Shown one piece after another: positions 37,425 through 46,586 of a stretch of DNA of 64,000 nucleotides. Position numbers and translations under genes: made by a program. The notes under the pieces are model-generated. The model was not told the DNA's origin and did not search any database. It saw nothing but the letters and a program-made list of their open reading frames with translations. The stretch covers positions 107 through 64,106 of the forward strand of contig JAABTS010000006.1 in assembly GCA_011389735.1 (NCBI GenBank). Reading direction: 5' to 3'. The stretch's first letter is position 1, and every line of letters begins with the position of its first letter. The stretch is from Desulfobacteraceae bacterium (GTDB lineage Bacteria; Desulfobacterota; Desulfobacteria; Desulfobacterales; JAABTS01).

Positions 37425-39182
37425 ATGAATACAAATCCTGCGGTAAGCACTCCGGTATCAGAAAAAATAAAACAGATCGCCATCGCAAAACGCGATATTC
37501 TGACGCTGCCGTCTGAAAAGGCGCTTTCAGCTATTTTAGAATTTTCCCAGCCGGCCGCTCTTGTTCAGTCTTTTTCCGAAGGCGATTTTTATTTTCTCGT
37601 CCACGATATCGGTCCGGACGACGCCCTGGAATTGTTGGCGTTGGCGTCTTTTGACCAGTGGCGCTATATCCTTGATCTTGAAATGTGGGACCGGGACAGA
37701 ATCAACAACCTTCCGGCCACAAGATGGCTTTCAAGACTTTTTCACGCCGACCCGAACCGTTTTGTCTACTGGTTTTTGCATGACGGCATGGATATTGTCG
37801 ATTTTTACCTGTTTAAAAACGTCATTGTTCAGGCCAGGGAACATGATCAAGATCCTTCAGATTTTGGCGATGGTTATGAGACTCTTGACGATTCACTCTA
37901 TTTTAATATTTTCGATTCGCCGCAAGATGATTTTTCCTCTGATGACCGGGAACGCAAAAAACAGTTTTTACTCCAATTTTTTAAACAATTATCATCCTGG
38001 GACCATATCGTTTACCAGAATAAGCTGTTCGAATTTCCTGCGATAATGCCCGCAGAATTCGAAGAAGAATTATACAGGCTCAGAAATGTCCGCCTTGCGG
38101 AAAAAGGATTCAGTGTTCGAGACGAGGCGATGGGCGTTTATCAACCGATATCGTCCGGCCGGATGGATCAATACGCAAGGAGGAAGCCCGCCAAATATGA
38201 AAGCGCCTCGCCTCAAGCCCTATCTTTATATTCCACCGGTGTTATGGATCCGGACACGCTTTTTGTCCGATCATTGCAAGCCGTCGAAACGGAAGATATT
38301 CTGGCTGAACTGCAATCGGAATTTGCAAGCCTGTGCAATCAAATTGTTTCTGCGGACGGGGCGCCTGTCCGGAATCGGGACGATCTTTCGAAGGTGGTCA
38401 AAAAAGTATGTGGTTATATCAATATCGGGTTGGAAACAGCGGCCGGAATATGGGAGCAAACGCCGGATAACTTAGCGGCTTCGTTCCTTAAACAATATCT
38501 GTTGCAGGCGGTTTTCCAATTAGGGTACGGCCGGGCGGTCGAAATCAAACAACGCGCTCAAAAATGGAAAAAAGGTTCATGGACGGAAAAAAACCATCTG
38601 CCTTTGAGTTTTTGGAGCGAAGAACGGCTAGGCGTACTTGGCGGCCTTTTATTGAAGCGCCCCCTTTATTTCGATAACTATGAAACAGGCGTGTTGTATC
38701 GCGAGTTTGAAAGCATTGCGGATATCGAAAAAACCGAAACCACCTTGAACCGGATTATGGCTTGCGACCGGCTTTTGTCGTATATGGATTTTGATTTGAA
38801 TCCGGAAGTATCCCGCCTGCTGGCTGCGAACGGGCTGCTGAACGAAAAAAATCTCATTTTAACCCTCTGGGCGCGTCGCTCCCTGAATTTGGAACCTGTA
38901 GCGGATTATATCGATTTATCGATGTTCGCCGGTTTTTTCGACGCGTTATGGGAAAAAGAAGTAGCTTATCCTAAAATTCGAGATGAAGCGAAAGAGGATT
39001 TCTTTTTATGGATCAGGGAATCTCTGCCCGCCGGTTCCAGGGATGACATCGACACGCTGGAACCGGTGTTCATGGATTTGTTTGAAGAGGTGGAAAACGA
39101 ACTCGGCAATATCGGCGGCGGTGATATAGAACCGAAATATGTTCAATTGTTCCTTCTAAAGCCAACCTTAAACGAGCCATAG
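37425..39182 (+). CDS. conserved hypothetical protein (585 aa)
   Basis: The long ORF has even composition. I cannot securely recognise a family. Its stop codon is supplied by the terminus of the adjacent repeat. Confidence 0.5.
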   Translation: MNTNPAVSTPVSEKIKQIAIAKRDILTLPSEKALSAILEFSQPAALVQSFSEGDFYFLVHDIGPDDALELLALASFDQWRYILDLEMWDRDRINNLPATRWLSRLFHADPNRFVYWFLHDGMDIVDFYLFKNVIVQAREHDQDPSDFGDGYETLDDSLYFNIFDSPQDDFSSDDRERKKQFLLQFFKQLSSWDHIVYQNKLFEFPAIMPAEFEEELYRLRNVRLAEKGFSVRDEAMGVYQPISSGRMDQYARRKPAKYESASPQALSLYSTGVMDPDTLFVRSLQAVETEDILAELQSEFASLCNQIVSADGAPVRNRDDLSKVVKKVCGYINIGLETAAGIWEQTPDNLAASFLKQYLLQAVFQLGYGRAVEIKQRAQKWKKGSWTEKNHLPLSFWSEERLGVLGGLLLKRPLYFDNYETGVLYREFESIADIEKTETTLNRIMACDRLLSYMDFDLNPEVSRLLAANGLLNEKNLILTLWARRSLNLEPVADYIDLSMFAGFFDALWEKEVAYPKIRDEAKEDFFLWIRESLPAGSRDDIDTLEPVFMDLFEEVENELGNIGGGDIEPKYVQLFLLKPTLNEP

Positions 39183-39290
39183 GTTTTCAGACAGGAAATA
39201 ATTTTATAGGCCCGCGATTCTGAGGTCATACTGTTCGAATATCGAACTCCCAGGCCTGCAACACAGCGAAATTTTATTTCCGGAAGACGT
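39178..39290 (+). repeat. tier-1 palindromic element (diverged)
   Basis: The sequence runs cataggttttcagacaggaaataatttt...cccaggcctgcaacacagcgaaattttatttccggaagacg. Confidence 0.65.
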
Positions 39291-39317
39291 TCCTTTAAGA
39301 ATAATGTTTACCGGAAG

Positions 39318-39923
39318 TCAAACGTCTTTAACAAACTGAATCAGTTTCGCCGATGAATATTCTCCCGTGTCGGCCAGGCCGTCCAGGGGCAAAAAGGCGT
39401 CTGCGTTGTTTGAAAACAAACAGGAGGCTGACGCCGGAAAATCTTCATCCTCGAAATAAAACAAATAGCAAAGCGCGATTTTGGGAAATGGGTTGATTAC
39501 AAAGGATACGTCTCCGCTCAAATCCGCCGGCGCCATTTCACCGTCAAACCGTTCGATAACGGCGTCGAGGTTGTCGTTGATCCTTCCGACAAAAGGGATC
39601 AACGCCTGCTCGGTACGGTTCGCGAAAGCTCCAACATAAGGCATGCTTCCCTTAAAATCCTTGTACGCTTTATAGGGTTCCTTGATCAAGGCGTTTGAAT
39701 TCGCGTGAAGAGCGTACAAAGAAATCAAGATCCCTAAAACACCTGTTTCTCGAACGTCGGACAAAAAGACACCGCCGGGCCGAATTCGGCAGTCCTCGCC
39801 GAACGCCTTGAATTTGAATTCGTCGCCATCCTGATCGGCGTTGAGGTTCGTCGCCGTATCAGAGGATCGTGTCCGATAAAATTGGCTGACGTTGTTTTCA
39901 ACTATCTGTGCATAATTATCCAT
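39318..39923 (-). CDS. DUF3786-like protein
   Basis: This 201-aa protein shares its layout with the C-terminal part of the 63128..63958 product. Shared elements are an F.FKAFG/ILGKDFSV strand, ...YALHA/NYVIHG..., a PFPKIALCYLFY/PLPRVPLMICYQ block and an acidic FEDEDF/PEDGME segment. The family name is from memory. Confidence 0.45.
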   Translation of the reverse strand: MDNYAQIVENNVSQFYRTRSSDTATNLNADQDGDEFKFKAFGEDCRIRPGGVFLSDVRETGVLGILISLYALHANSNALIKEPYKAYKDFKGSMPYVGAFANRTEQALIPFVGRINDNLDAVIERFDGEMAPADLSGDVSFVINPFPKIALCYLFYFEDEDFPASASCLFSNNADAFLPLDGLADTGEYSSAKLIQFVKDV

Positions 39924-40026
39924 AATTTGCTCCGAAGTTTAACCGATGTGATTGACAAAATATTGGTGAATCCGGAAAACAACTTTCGATTCCGGGTGAA
40001 AAGATGTTCGGAATCGGTCGGCGTTC

Positions 40027-40133
40027 ATACAGTTTTTCAGGAATTAAATTTCACAAAGCGGAAGTTCTTGACAATACTGTTCTTATATCCCGAGCCGACA
40101 ACGAAGAGAAGTTTGATTCCCGGAAGACTATAG
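40027..40133 (+). repeat. tier-1 palindromic element, full length
   Basis: The sequence runs atacagtttttcaggaattaaatttcacaaagcgg...tatatcccgagccgacaacgaagagaagtttgattcccggaagactatag. Confidence 0.8.
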
Positions 40134-40238
40134 CCGCGACATTCGGCTGTAACCAGCTATCTTCAATTACATAAGCGCCCCTGGACAGGGTTCTCCCGAA
40201 TTTTTGCCGATTCGGCGCTCGTCCAAAGTTCGAGATGG

Positions 40239-41459
40239 TCAAAATTTATCGAAGGCGATCATTTCGTCTTCGACTCCAAGTTCGTAAAGCATTTCTATGA
40301 CCGCGTCGAGCATCATGGGCGGACCGCACAGGTAATATTCGATTTCCGTCGGATCGTCATGGGTTGAAAGATAATTGTCGTATAACTGATTATGGATGTA
40401 TCCGGTCATGCCCTCCCAGTCGTCATCGGGGAGCGGCGCGGACAGAGCCGCATGGTAGGAGAAATTCGAGTATTCGTCTTCAAGCGTCTTGAATTCGTCG
40501 TAAAAAAAGAGTTCCTGTTTGGAACGGGCGCCGTACCAGAAGCTCATTTTTCGTGAGGTGTTCAAGGTTTTCAATTGATGGAGGATCTGGCTCCTTAAAG
40601 GAGCCATGCCGGCCCCGCCGCCGACAAAGCACATTTCCCGTTCTGTTTCCTTGACTTTGAATTCACCATATGGCCCGCTGAAGGTGATTTTATCTCCGGG
40701 TTCCAAATTGAAAATAAACGATGATCCCTTTCCGGGAGGCGCTTCAGCGCCCTGTGGGGGTGTCGCGATACGAATGGTGAAGCTAAGCCGTTGCCGTTCG
40801 CTGGGCGGATTCGCCAGCGAATAAGCCCGGAAAATCGGTTCTTCGATTTTGGATTGCAATCCCCACAGATTGAATTTGTCCCAATCCGGCCTGAACCGTT
40901 CAGCCACCCGGATTCTGAATTCGGAAAACGAAAGCTCGTATTCGGGAATATCGATCTGAATATACGCGCCGGCTTCGAAATCAAGCCCTTCGTCATCCTC
41001 AACCTCAATCACCAGTTCCTTGATGAATGTGGCCACATTCTCGTTGGATACCACCACGGCGTTGTATTTCTTGACGCTGAAAATATCTTCAGGAAGCTGG
41101 ATCGATAAATCTTCCTTGACTTTTAACTGGCAGGCGAGCCGGAAATTTTCTTTTCGTTCCTTACGGCTAAGATGGGACAATTCCGTGGGTAATACGCCCC
41201 CACCGCCTTCCATCACTTTGCATTTGCACATCCCGCAGGCGCCGCCGCCGCCGCAGGCCGACGGAATGAAAATCCCGTTGTCCGAAAGAGCCGCAAGAAG
41301 CGTCGTTCCGGCAGGGGCATCAATGCTTTTACTCTCATCGTTGTTGATAACGATCCGGTTGTCGCCGGTCTGAACAACTCGTGATTGAACCAGAAGCAGC
41401 GTACCCGTCAAAAAAAGGATAATCAATGTGAAAACAATAACGCCAATCGCAAAAACCAA
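40239..41459 (-). CDS. nqrF: Na+-translocating NADH:quinone oxidoreductase subunit F
   Basis: It has an N-terminal TM segment and a 2Fe-2S motif (CGGGGACGMCKC). It also has the FAD motif RAYSLAN and an NAD-binding domain. Confidence 0.93.
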   Translation of the reverse strand: MVFAIGVIVFTLIILFLTGTLLLVQSRVVQTGDNRIVINNDESKSIDAPAGTTLLAALSDNGIFIPSACGGGGACGMCKCKVMEGGGGVLPTELSHLSRKERKENFRLACQLKVKEDLSIQLPEDIFSVKKYNAVVVSNENVATFIKELVIEVEDDEGLDFEAGAYIQIDIPEYELSFSEFRIRVAERFRPDWDKFNLWGLQSKIEEPIFRAYSLANPPSERQRLSFTIRIATPPQGAEAPPGKGSSFIFNLEPGDKITFSGPYGEFKVKETEREMCFVGGGAGMAPLRSQILHQLKTLNTSRKMSFWYGARSKQELFFYDEFKTLEDEYSNFSYHAALSAPLPDDDWEGMTGYIHNQLYDNYLSTHDDPTEIEYYLCGPPMMLDAVIEMLYELGVEDEMIAFDKF

Positions 41460-41500
41460 TGATCATTCCTCCGCTGTTCTATTCCACCTTGACAGTGACA

Positions 41501-42109
41501 TTATAACGCAATCCCCGAGAAGATCATGAATCCCATCGCCATTAGACCGGTGACAATCATTGTGATTCCGTATCCTTCCAGCCCTTTGGGAATATTCGCG
41601 TACCTGAGTTTGACTTGAATGGCGGCCATGGATGCGATCGCAAGCAGCCATCCGACGCCCGCTCCGAATCCGAACACCAGGGTTTCCATGAGAGTGTAGC
41701 TCCGTTCGACCATGAACAGGGATGTCCCGAGAATAGCACAGTTCACGGCGATTAGCGGCAAGAAAACGCCCAGAGCCGTGTAGAGTTCGGGCGAGAAGCG
41801 GTCGATCACCATTTCCACCGCCTGAACCAGGGCCGCAATGACCGCGATGAAAGTGATCAACTTCAGATAGCTGAGATCCGCCTCTGGAAAGCCGGCCCAG
41901 GACAAAGCGCCCGGGGCCAGAAAAAACCGGTATACGGCCCAATTGACCGGCGCTGTGATCGTACACACGAATACTACGGCGAATCCTAGCCCCACAGCGG
42001 TGTTCATGTTCTTTGACACCGCCACGAACGAACACATGCCCAAAAAATAAGCCAGCAAAATGTTTCCGACAAATACGGAATTTATGAACAGGCTGAATAA
42101 GTTTTCCAT
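41501..42109 (-). CDS. nqrE: NQR subunit E
   Basis: The sequence begins [28 protein letters not shown] and has 6 TM segments. Confidence 0.93.
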   Translation of the reverse strand: MENLFSLFINSVFVGNILLAYFLGMCSFVAVSKNMNTAVGLGFAVVFVCTITAPVNWAVYRFFLAPGALSWAGFPEADLSYLKLITFIAVIAALVQAVEMVIDRFSPELYTALGVFLPLIAVNCAILGTSLFMVERSYTLMETLVFGFGAGVGWLLAIASMAAIQVKLRYANIPKGLEGYGITMIVTGLMAMGFMIFSGIAL

Positions 42110-42113
42110 AGCG

Positions 42114-42740
42114 TCACACTTTCATAAGGGATTTTTGGAGCCACACCAGCAGGCCGATGATAATGAAGGCCGCAGGCGCAAGAAGCATAAAGCCCATATC
42201 TTCATATCCCGCGCGATACAAGAACTCAGGCGTGATCTTGAACCCGAACACCGTTCCGGAGCCGAGCAGTTCCCGGATAAAGGCCACGCTGATCAACACC
42301 AGGCTGTAGCCGAATCCATTGCCCAGGCCGTCCAAGAGGGAGGCGCCGGGGGAGTTCCCCAGTGCGAAGGTTTCTGCTCTCCCCATGACGATACAATTCG
42401 TGATGATCAGCCCGACGAATACGGATAATTGTTTGCTGATATCATAAAAATAGGCGCGTAAAAATTCATCGGCAAGGATCACCAGGGATGCGATGACGCT
42501 GAGTTCCACGATCATCCGGATATTTCGCGGAATGTAATTGCGCATCGACGAGATTATCAGGTTTGAAAAAGCCACGACGAACGTCAAGGAGAGACCCATG
42601 ACCAGAGCGGCTTTTAATTGCACCGTCACCGCCAGCGCCGAACATATGCCCAGGGACTGGATCGAAATGGGATTGTTTTTGGCCAGAGGCTCTTTAAACA
42701 CTGAAAATGATTTGCTTTTGAACAGCTTCATGGGATACAC
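42114..42740 (-). CDS. nqrD: NQR subunit D
   Basis: It contains [17 protein letters not shown] and is a 208-aa polytopic protein. Confidence 0.93.
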   Translation of the reverse strand: MYPMKLFKSKSFSVFKEPLAKNNPISIQSLGICSALAVTVQLKAALVMGLSLTFVVAFSNLIISSMRNYIPRNIRMIVELSVIASLVILADEFLRAYFYDISKQLSVFVGLIITNCIVMGRAETFALGNSPGASLLDGLGNGFGYSLVLISVAFIRELLGSGTVFGFKITPEFLYRAGYEDMGFMLLAPAAFIIIGLLVWLQKSLMKV

Positions 42741-42748
42741 CTGATTAT

Positions 42749-42856
42749 TATTAGGTTTTACAGAAATTAAATATCACGAATCGGAGGGTCCGGGATAATA
42801 CTATTAGTATATCCCGGACCGACAATGCAGTGATATTGAATTTTTGGAAGACCATA
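42749..42856 (+). repeat. tier-1 palindromic element, full length, inside the nqr operon (nqrC-nqrD spacer)
   Basis: The sequence is attaggttttacagaaattaaatatcacgaatcggagggtccgggataatactattagtatatcccggaccgacaatgcagtgatattgaatttttggaagaccata. Confidence 0.9.
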
Positions 42857-42871
42857 TCAAAGGCCCTTTTT

Positions 42872-43597
42872 TCAAAAGGGTCGCTCTTTTTCTGAAAAAA
42901 AGGATCCGTCTTTTCTGAATCGGACGGACATGGGTTCGTAATATTTCAGAATTTCTTCGAATCCGGCGGTCAAAAATTTTCCTGTGAGCGTGGCGCCGCT
43001 GATTCCGTCTACATAATTCGGTTTTTGTTCTTTGGGGGCGTCGTCTTTCACGCTTCCCTTCGCGACGTTGATGGACACGAAACGGCCCTCCGAATCCGTA
43101 ATTTTTTTCCCCTTAAAATTGTTCTGGAACCAGGCTTTTTCAATTTCGCCGCCCAGACCAGGCGTTTCCGAATGCTTATAGACCGTAAACCCTATGATGG
43201 TTGACCCGTCCCGGCTCAACGCCAGATATCCATAGATCTTTCCCCATAAACCCCGCGTATTGATCGGAACCACATAGGCGTTTACCCTGTCGTTTTCCAT
43301 GTACAACCAGACCGGCAAAGTTTTTTCCGGATGTTCCTCGCCTGTTTCAATCACTATACCGTTTTGATCCAGAGCCAGATTGCGGATATTTTCTTTATAG
43401 CTATTTTCGATCCATTCCCGGCCGTGGGAATCGTTTTCGGCGATAAGTCCCACCGCTTTCAGAATATTCTTCTTTTTATCCAATTCAACGTTTCGCATCT
43501 GTTTGGGCTTCAATCCCAGGGATGCGGCGGTAAGCAGGACGCTGCACACTATAGCGGTCAACGAAGCGAAAATCAATGATTTAAGATTGTTAGACAT
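42872..43597 (-). CDS. nqrC: NQR subunit C (FMN-binding)
   Basis: It contains the covalent-FMN site motif GISGATLTG. The ATG at 43595-43597 lies 2 nt after the nqrB stop and is preferred over the track start at 43633. Confidence 0.88.
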   Translation of the reverse strand: MSNNLKSLIFASLTAIVCSVLLTAASLGLKPKQMRNVELDKKKNILKAVGLIAENDSHGREWIENSYKENIRNLALDQNGIVIETGEEHPEKTLPVWLYMENDRVNAYVVPINTRGLWGKIYGYLALSRDGSTIIGFTVYKHSETPGLGGEIEKAWFQNNFKGKKITDSEGRFVSINVAKGSVKDDAPKEQKPNYVDGISGATLTGKFLTAGFEEILKYYEPMSVRFRKDGSFFSEKERPF

Positions 43598-44780
43598 TGA
43601 TGATACGTCTCTTGAGTCTGAGTTTGATTTCAATAAAATCCAACAAGGGCGAAAACAGGTTCATGAACAGGATGGCAAGCATCACGCCTTCGGGATAGGC
43701 CGGATTGAAAAGCCGGATCAGCACGGTTAGCGCCCCGATAGCGAATCCGTAGATCCATCTCGATCTCTCCATGCCCGGGGCTGTGACCGGATCGGTGGCC
43801 ATGTAGACCACGCCGAAAGCAAACCCGCCCATTACGAGATGATACACCGGATGAAGGGACAGCATGGGCGAAAGGCTTCCGGTGAACGAGGCCAGCAGGT
43901 GCAGAGGCCAGGTCACCGCCAGCACGCCGATAATTCCGCCGATAATAATCCGGTAACTGGCGATTCCGGCGGCGATCAGAATCACGGCGCCGATCATGCA
44001 CATAAACGCCGATGTTTCACCGATACTCCCGGGATGCAGGCCGAAAAACAGTTTTGACAGCGTATATCCCGACCCGGCCAGCGACTTTTCAACGGATTGG
44101 CCGGCCTCAACCGCGTTTGAAATCGCAAGGGGCGTGGCTGATGAAACCGCATCGACAACGCCTTCCCTGGCCCTGCATACGACAGCCCATACCGAATCCC
44201 CGGACATTTGGGACGGATACGCAAAAAATACAAATGCGCGGGCCGTCAATGCGGGATTTAAAATGTTCCTCCCCGTGCCGCCGAAAATTTCCTTGCCGAT
44301 CACCACGCCGAATGAAATTCCGACCGCCGCCTGCCACAGAGGCATGGTCGGCGGGAGTGTCAGCGGAAACAGAAGTCCGGTCACCAGAAATCCTTCGCTG
44401 ATCGGATGGCGACGGATCACCGAAAAGAGTATTTCCCAGGCGAATCCCACCGTATACGAAACGATCACCAGGGGCAGAACAATCACCAATCCTCGAAAAA
44501 AAGCGTTCGAAAGCGTCGGGATTTCCCCGGCCGTCATGCAGGCATGAAATCCCGTATTGTAAAGACCGAACAAAAACGGGGGTATCAAGGCCAGGATCAC
44601 AATGGTCATGAAACGTTTCAGATCCAGACTGTCTCGGACATGGGAATCCCTGTCCGTGGGGATCGACGGGAAAAAAAACAAGGTTTCGAACGCCTCGAAA
44701 ACAGGCTCGAATTTTTCGTACTTGCCTCCGCTGGTGAATCGAGGCCGCTGTGAATTGAAAAAATTCTCCAGGAATTTCAT
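43590..44780 (-). CDS. nqrB: NQR subunit B
   Basis: It is polytopic and has the FMN-site-like motif VDAVSSATPL. The ATG at 44778-44780 overlaps the nqrA stop (TAATG) and is preferred over the track start at 44876. Confidence 0.9.
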   Translation of the reverse strand: MKFLENFFNSQRPRFTSGGKYEKFEPVFEAFETLFFFPSIPTDRDSHVRDSLDLKRFMTIVILALIPPFLFGLYNTGFHACMTAGEIPTLSNAFFRGLVIVLPLVIVSYTVGFAWEILFSVIRRHPISEGFLVTGLLFPLTLPPTMPLWQAAVGISFGVVIGKEIFGGTGRNILNPALTARAFVFFAYPSQMSGDSVWAVVCRAREGVVDAVSSATPLAISNAVEAGQSVEKSLAGSGYTLSKLFFGLHPGSIGETSAFMCMIGAVILIAAGIASYRIIIGGIIGVLAVTWPLHLLASFTGSLSPMLSLHPVYHLVMGGFAFGVVYMATDPVTAPGMERSRWIYGFAIGALTVLIRLFNPAYPEGVMLAILFMNLFSPLLDFIEIKLRLKRRIINV

Positions 44781-46126
44781 TATCCGTTGATTTCCTTGTA
44801 ATACGCCGCTTTTGCGGTCTTCAGGGTGTCCGATAAATCGATTTTGGACGGGCAAACATAGGTGCATGCGCCGCATTCAACGCAATCCAGCAATCCATGA
44901 AGGAGCGATTCTTCTATTTCATCGGCCGCAATGCATTTCATGGCGTACTGCGGCAGAATATCCACCGGACACACCCGCGCGCAATATCCGCAGTTGATGC
45001 AGGCTCGTTTTTCACCGTGAAAATCGCAATCATAATCCTTTTCCCGCTTGTTGAACACTGAAAAAAAGGCCCGGGATCGGCTGGGTTTTGAAAATCCCGG
45101 CCGGATGAAACCTAAGAACGATTTTCCGGCTGCTTCAGGCAATACGGTCAGGGAACGGTCGTAAAATCCGAGATGCGATTCGGGAGACGCCATGAGCCCG
45201 TTAAACACGCCCCCGGCGATAAACCTCGTTCCATTGTTTCCCGGTTCGATTTTGGCGATATGCGACAGAGGGGAGCCGATCCGGGCGACGACATGTTCCG
45301 GACCGGCGATTGAGCCGCCGCCCAGCGCAACGGTCCGAGTCAGCGGGTACTCGCCGGTTTTCAGAAACCTTCCCAAACGGATTACATCCTGCCCGTCAAT
45401 ATACCAGGCCTGATTTTCTTCCGGAGATTCCTTGATATAATACAAAAACACGCCCGGGTCGCCGGCTGGATAATCGCCGGAAACGGTATGGGTCACTTTG
45501 GTTTTGAGCAGGCTCAACACCGGGGTGTCGTCATCGCCGGAAACGGCGACATGAACCCTGGGCGCCAATCGATATAGAGCGGAAAGACCGAACCGGAAAA
45601 CGTCTTCGGCCCCTTTCAAATACACTTCCGGCAGGGGCTGAAAAGGTTCCGCTCCGTTAAGGGTCACGATGATGGCGGGAGGCGTAACATCGGGGTCCGC
45701 TATCATCCGGAAGGGCAATGAACGGAACGCGGGCCACAATCCGCCGCCGGATAGGAGCGAAACCAGCTCATCTCTGGATATTTGACCGATCCGGTCTTCG
45801 CTGAGCGGTTCAAACGATTTTTGTTCCTCATTGGAATCCAGTTCGATTAAAATTTCCTTGATCACCCGCCGGGGGCCGTATGTGATCTTCGAAACCGTTC
45901 CGCCGCCGGGGGATAGAAATTTAAAACGAGGTTCGCGTTTATCCCTGTATAACAGCGATCCGATCTTGACCGAATCCCCGGTTTTGACGCTCAAGCGAGG
46001 TTTTATAGCCGGGAACCTGTACGGCGACACGCCGACATGAGTTGGATCGCCAAGAATCCGAACGGTTTTTGAGGGGGTTCCGGATATGTCGAGCCTGAGC
46101 CCCTTATTGATAGAGACTGATTTCAT
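44780..46126 (-). CDS. nqrA: NQR subunit A retaining an RnfC-type 2x[4Fe-4S] ferredoxin motif pair
   Basis: The N-terminus MKSVSINKGLRLDISGTPSK...VKTGDSVKIGSLLYRDK and the mid-region are NqrA-like. The C-terminus has CINCGYCARVCP and CVECGACTYVCP. Confidence 0.88.
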   Translation of the reverse strand: MKSVSINKGLRLDISGTPSKTVRILGDPTHVGVSPYRFPAIKPRLSVKTGDSVKIGSLLYRDKREPRFKFLSPGGGTVSKITYGPRRVIKEILIELDSNEEQKSFEPLSEDRIGQISRDELVSLLSGGGLWPAFRSLPFRMIADPDVTPPAIIVTLNGAEPFQPLPEVYLKGAEDVFRFGLSALYRLAPRVHVAVSGDDDTPVLSLLKTKVTHTVSGDYPAGDPGVFLYYIKESPEENQAWYIDGQDVIRLGRFLKTGEYPLTRTVALGGGSIAGPEHVVARIGSPLSHIAKIEPGNNGTRFIAGGVFNGLMASPESHLGFYDRSLTVLPEAAGKSFLGFIRPGFSKPSRSRAFFSVFNKREKDYDCDFHGEKRACINCGYCARVCPVDILPQYAMKCIAADEIEESLLHGLLDCVECGACTYVCPSKIDLSDTLKTAKAAYYKEING

Positions 46127-46149
46127 GAGCCATTTTTTTGATTTAGCCT

Positions 46150-46180
46150 TTCATAAAATCGAATTTCTGAAAGACTATAG
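46150..46180 (+). repeat. solo terminal arm of the tier-1 element
   Basis: The sequence is ttcataaaatcgaatttctgaaagactatag. Confidence 0.45.
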
Positions 46181-46379
46181 TTGTTAATGGGGATGATTTT
46201 CAACAAATCTCCGATCCGTATGTATAAAAATTCTAAAAAGCGGTTAATCGATAATTTTTGTATAAATTTCAAATCGACTGTAAAATGTCAATTGATTTCT
46301 TGCAAAAAGCTTTAGAAAATGGGATAGGGACGTCCGTATGGCTTTGATATTGATAGGAGTGGGTTTTTGTACATAGGTT

Positions 46380-46504
46380 GGGCTTGGTTCTAACTTCGGC
46401 CACGACCACCGGTTGAATAAGCTCACCGCAGAGACGCAAAGTTCGCAAAGGTTAAATAAATCAAATGCTTTACGTTCTTTCCGCCTTTGCGGTGAAAAAA
46501 TATT
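46380..46504. mobile_element. one-ended (truncated) tier-2 element, same cargo type as the 29800 copy
   Basis: gggcttggttctaacttcggcc...gcagagacgcaaagttcgcaaagg...cgcctttgcggtgaaaaaa is the reverse complement of the 29800-29946 cargo by eye. No second TIR is present. Confidence 0.65.
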
Positions 46505-46586
46505 ATCGTGAAAATACATTTTCATGAAAGGGGGAACGATTCGATCATGAAGTTTTGCCCCCTGTAACATCGAGGACGGATCATTT

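Noticed and set aside
41463-42035. 190-aa Gly/Arg/His-rich ORF overlapping nqrE, plus similar ORFs inside nqrB (43630..44001, 43996..44547), dsbD (53331..54474), PEPCK (34131..35138) and the SSF transporter (35635..36246)
   Set aside because: They are alternative-frame or antisense ORFs within well-supported genes. Their Arg/Gly/Pro-rich composition is typical of wrong-frame translation of GC-richer coding DNA.
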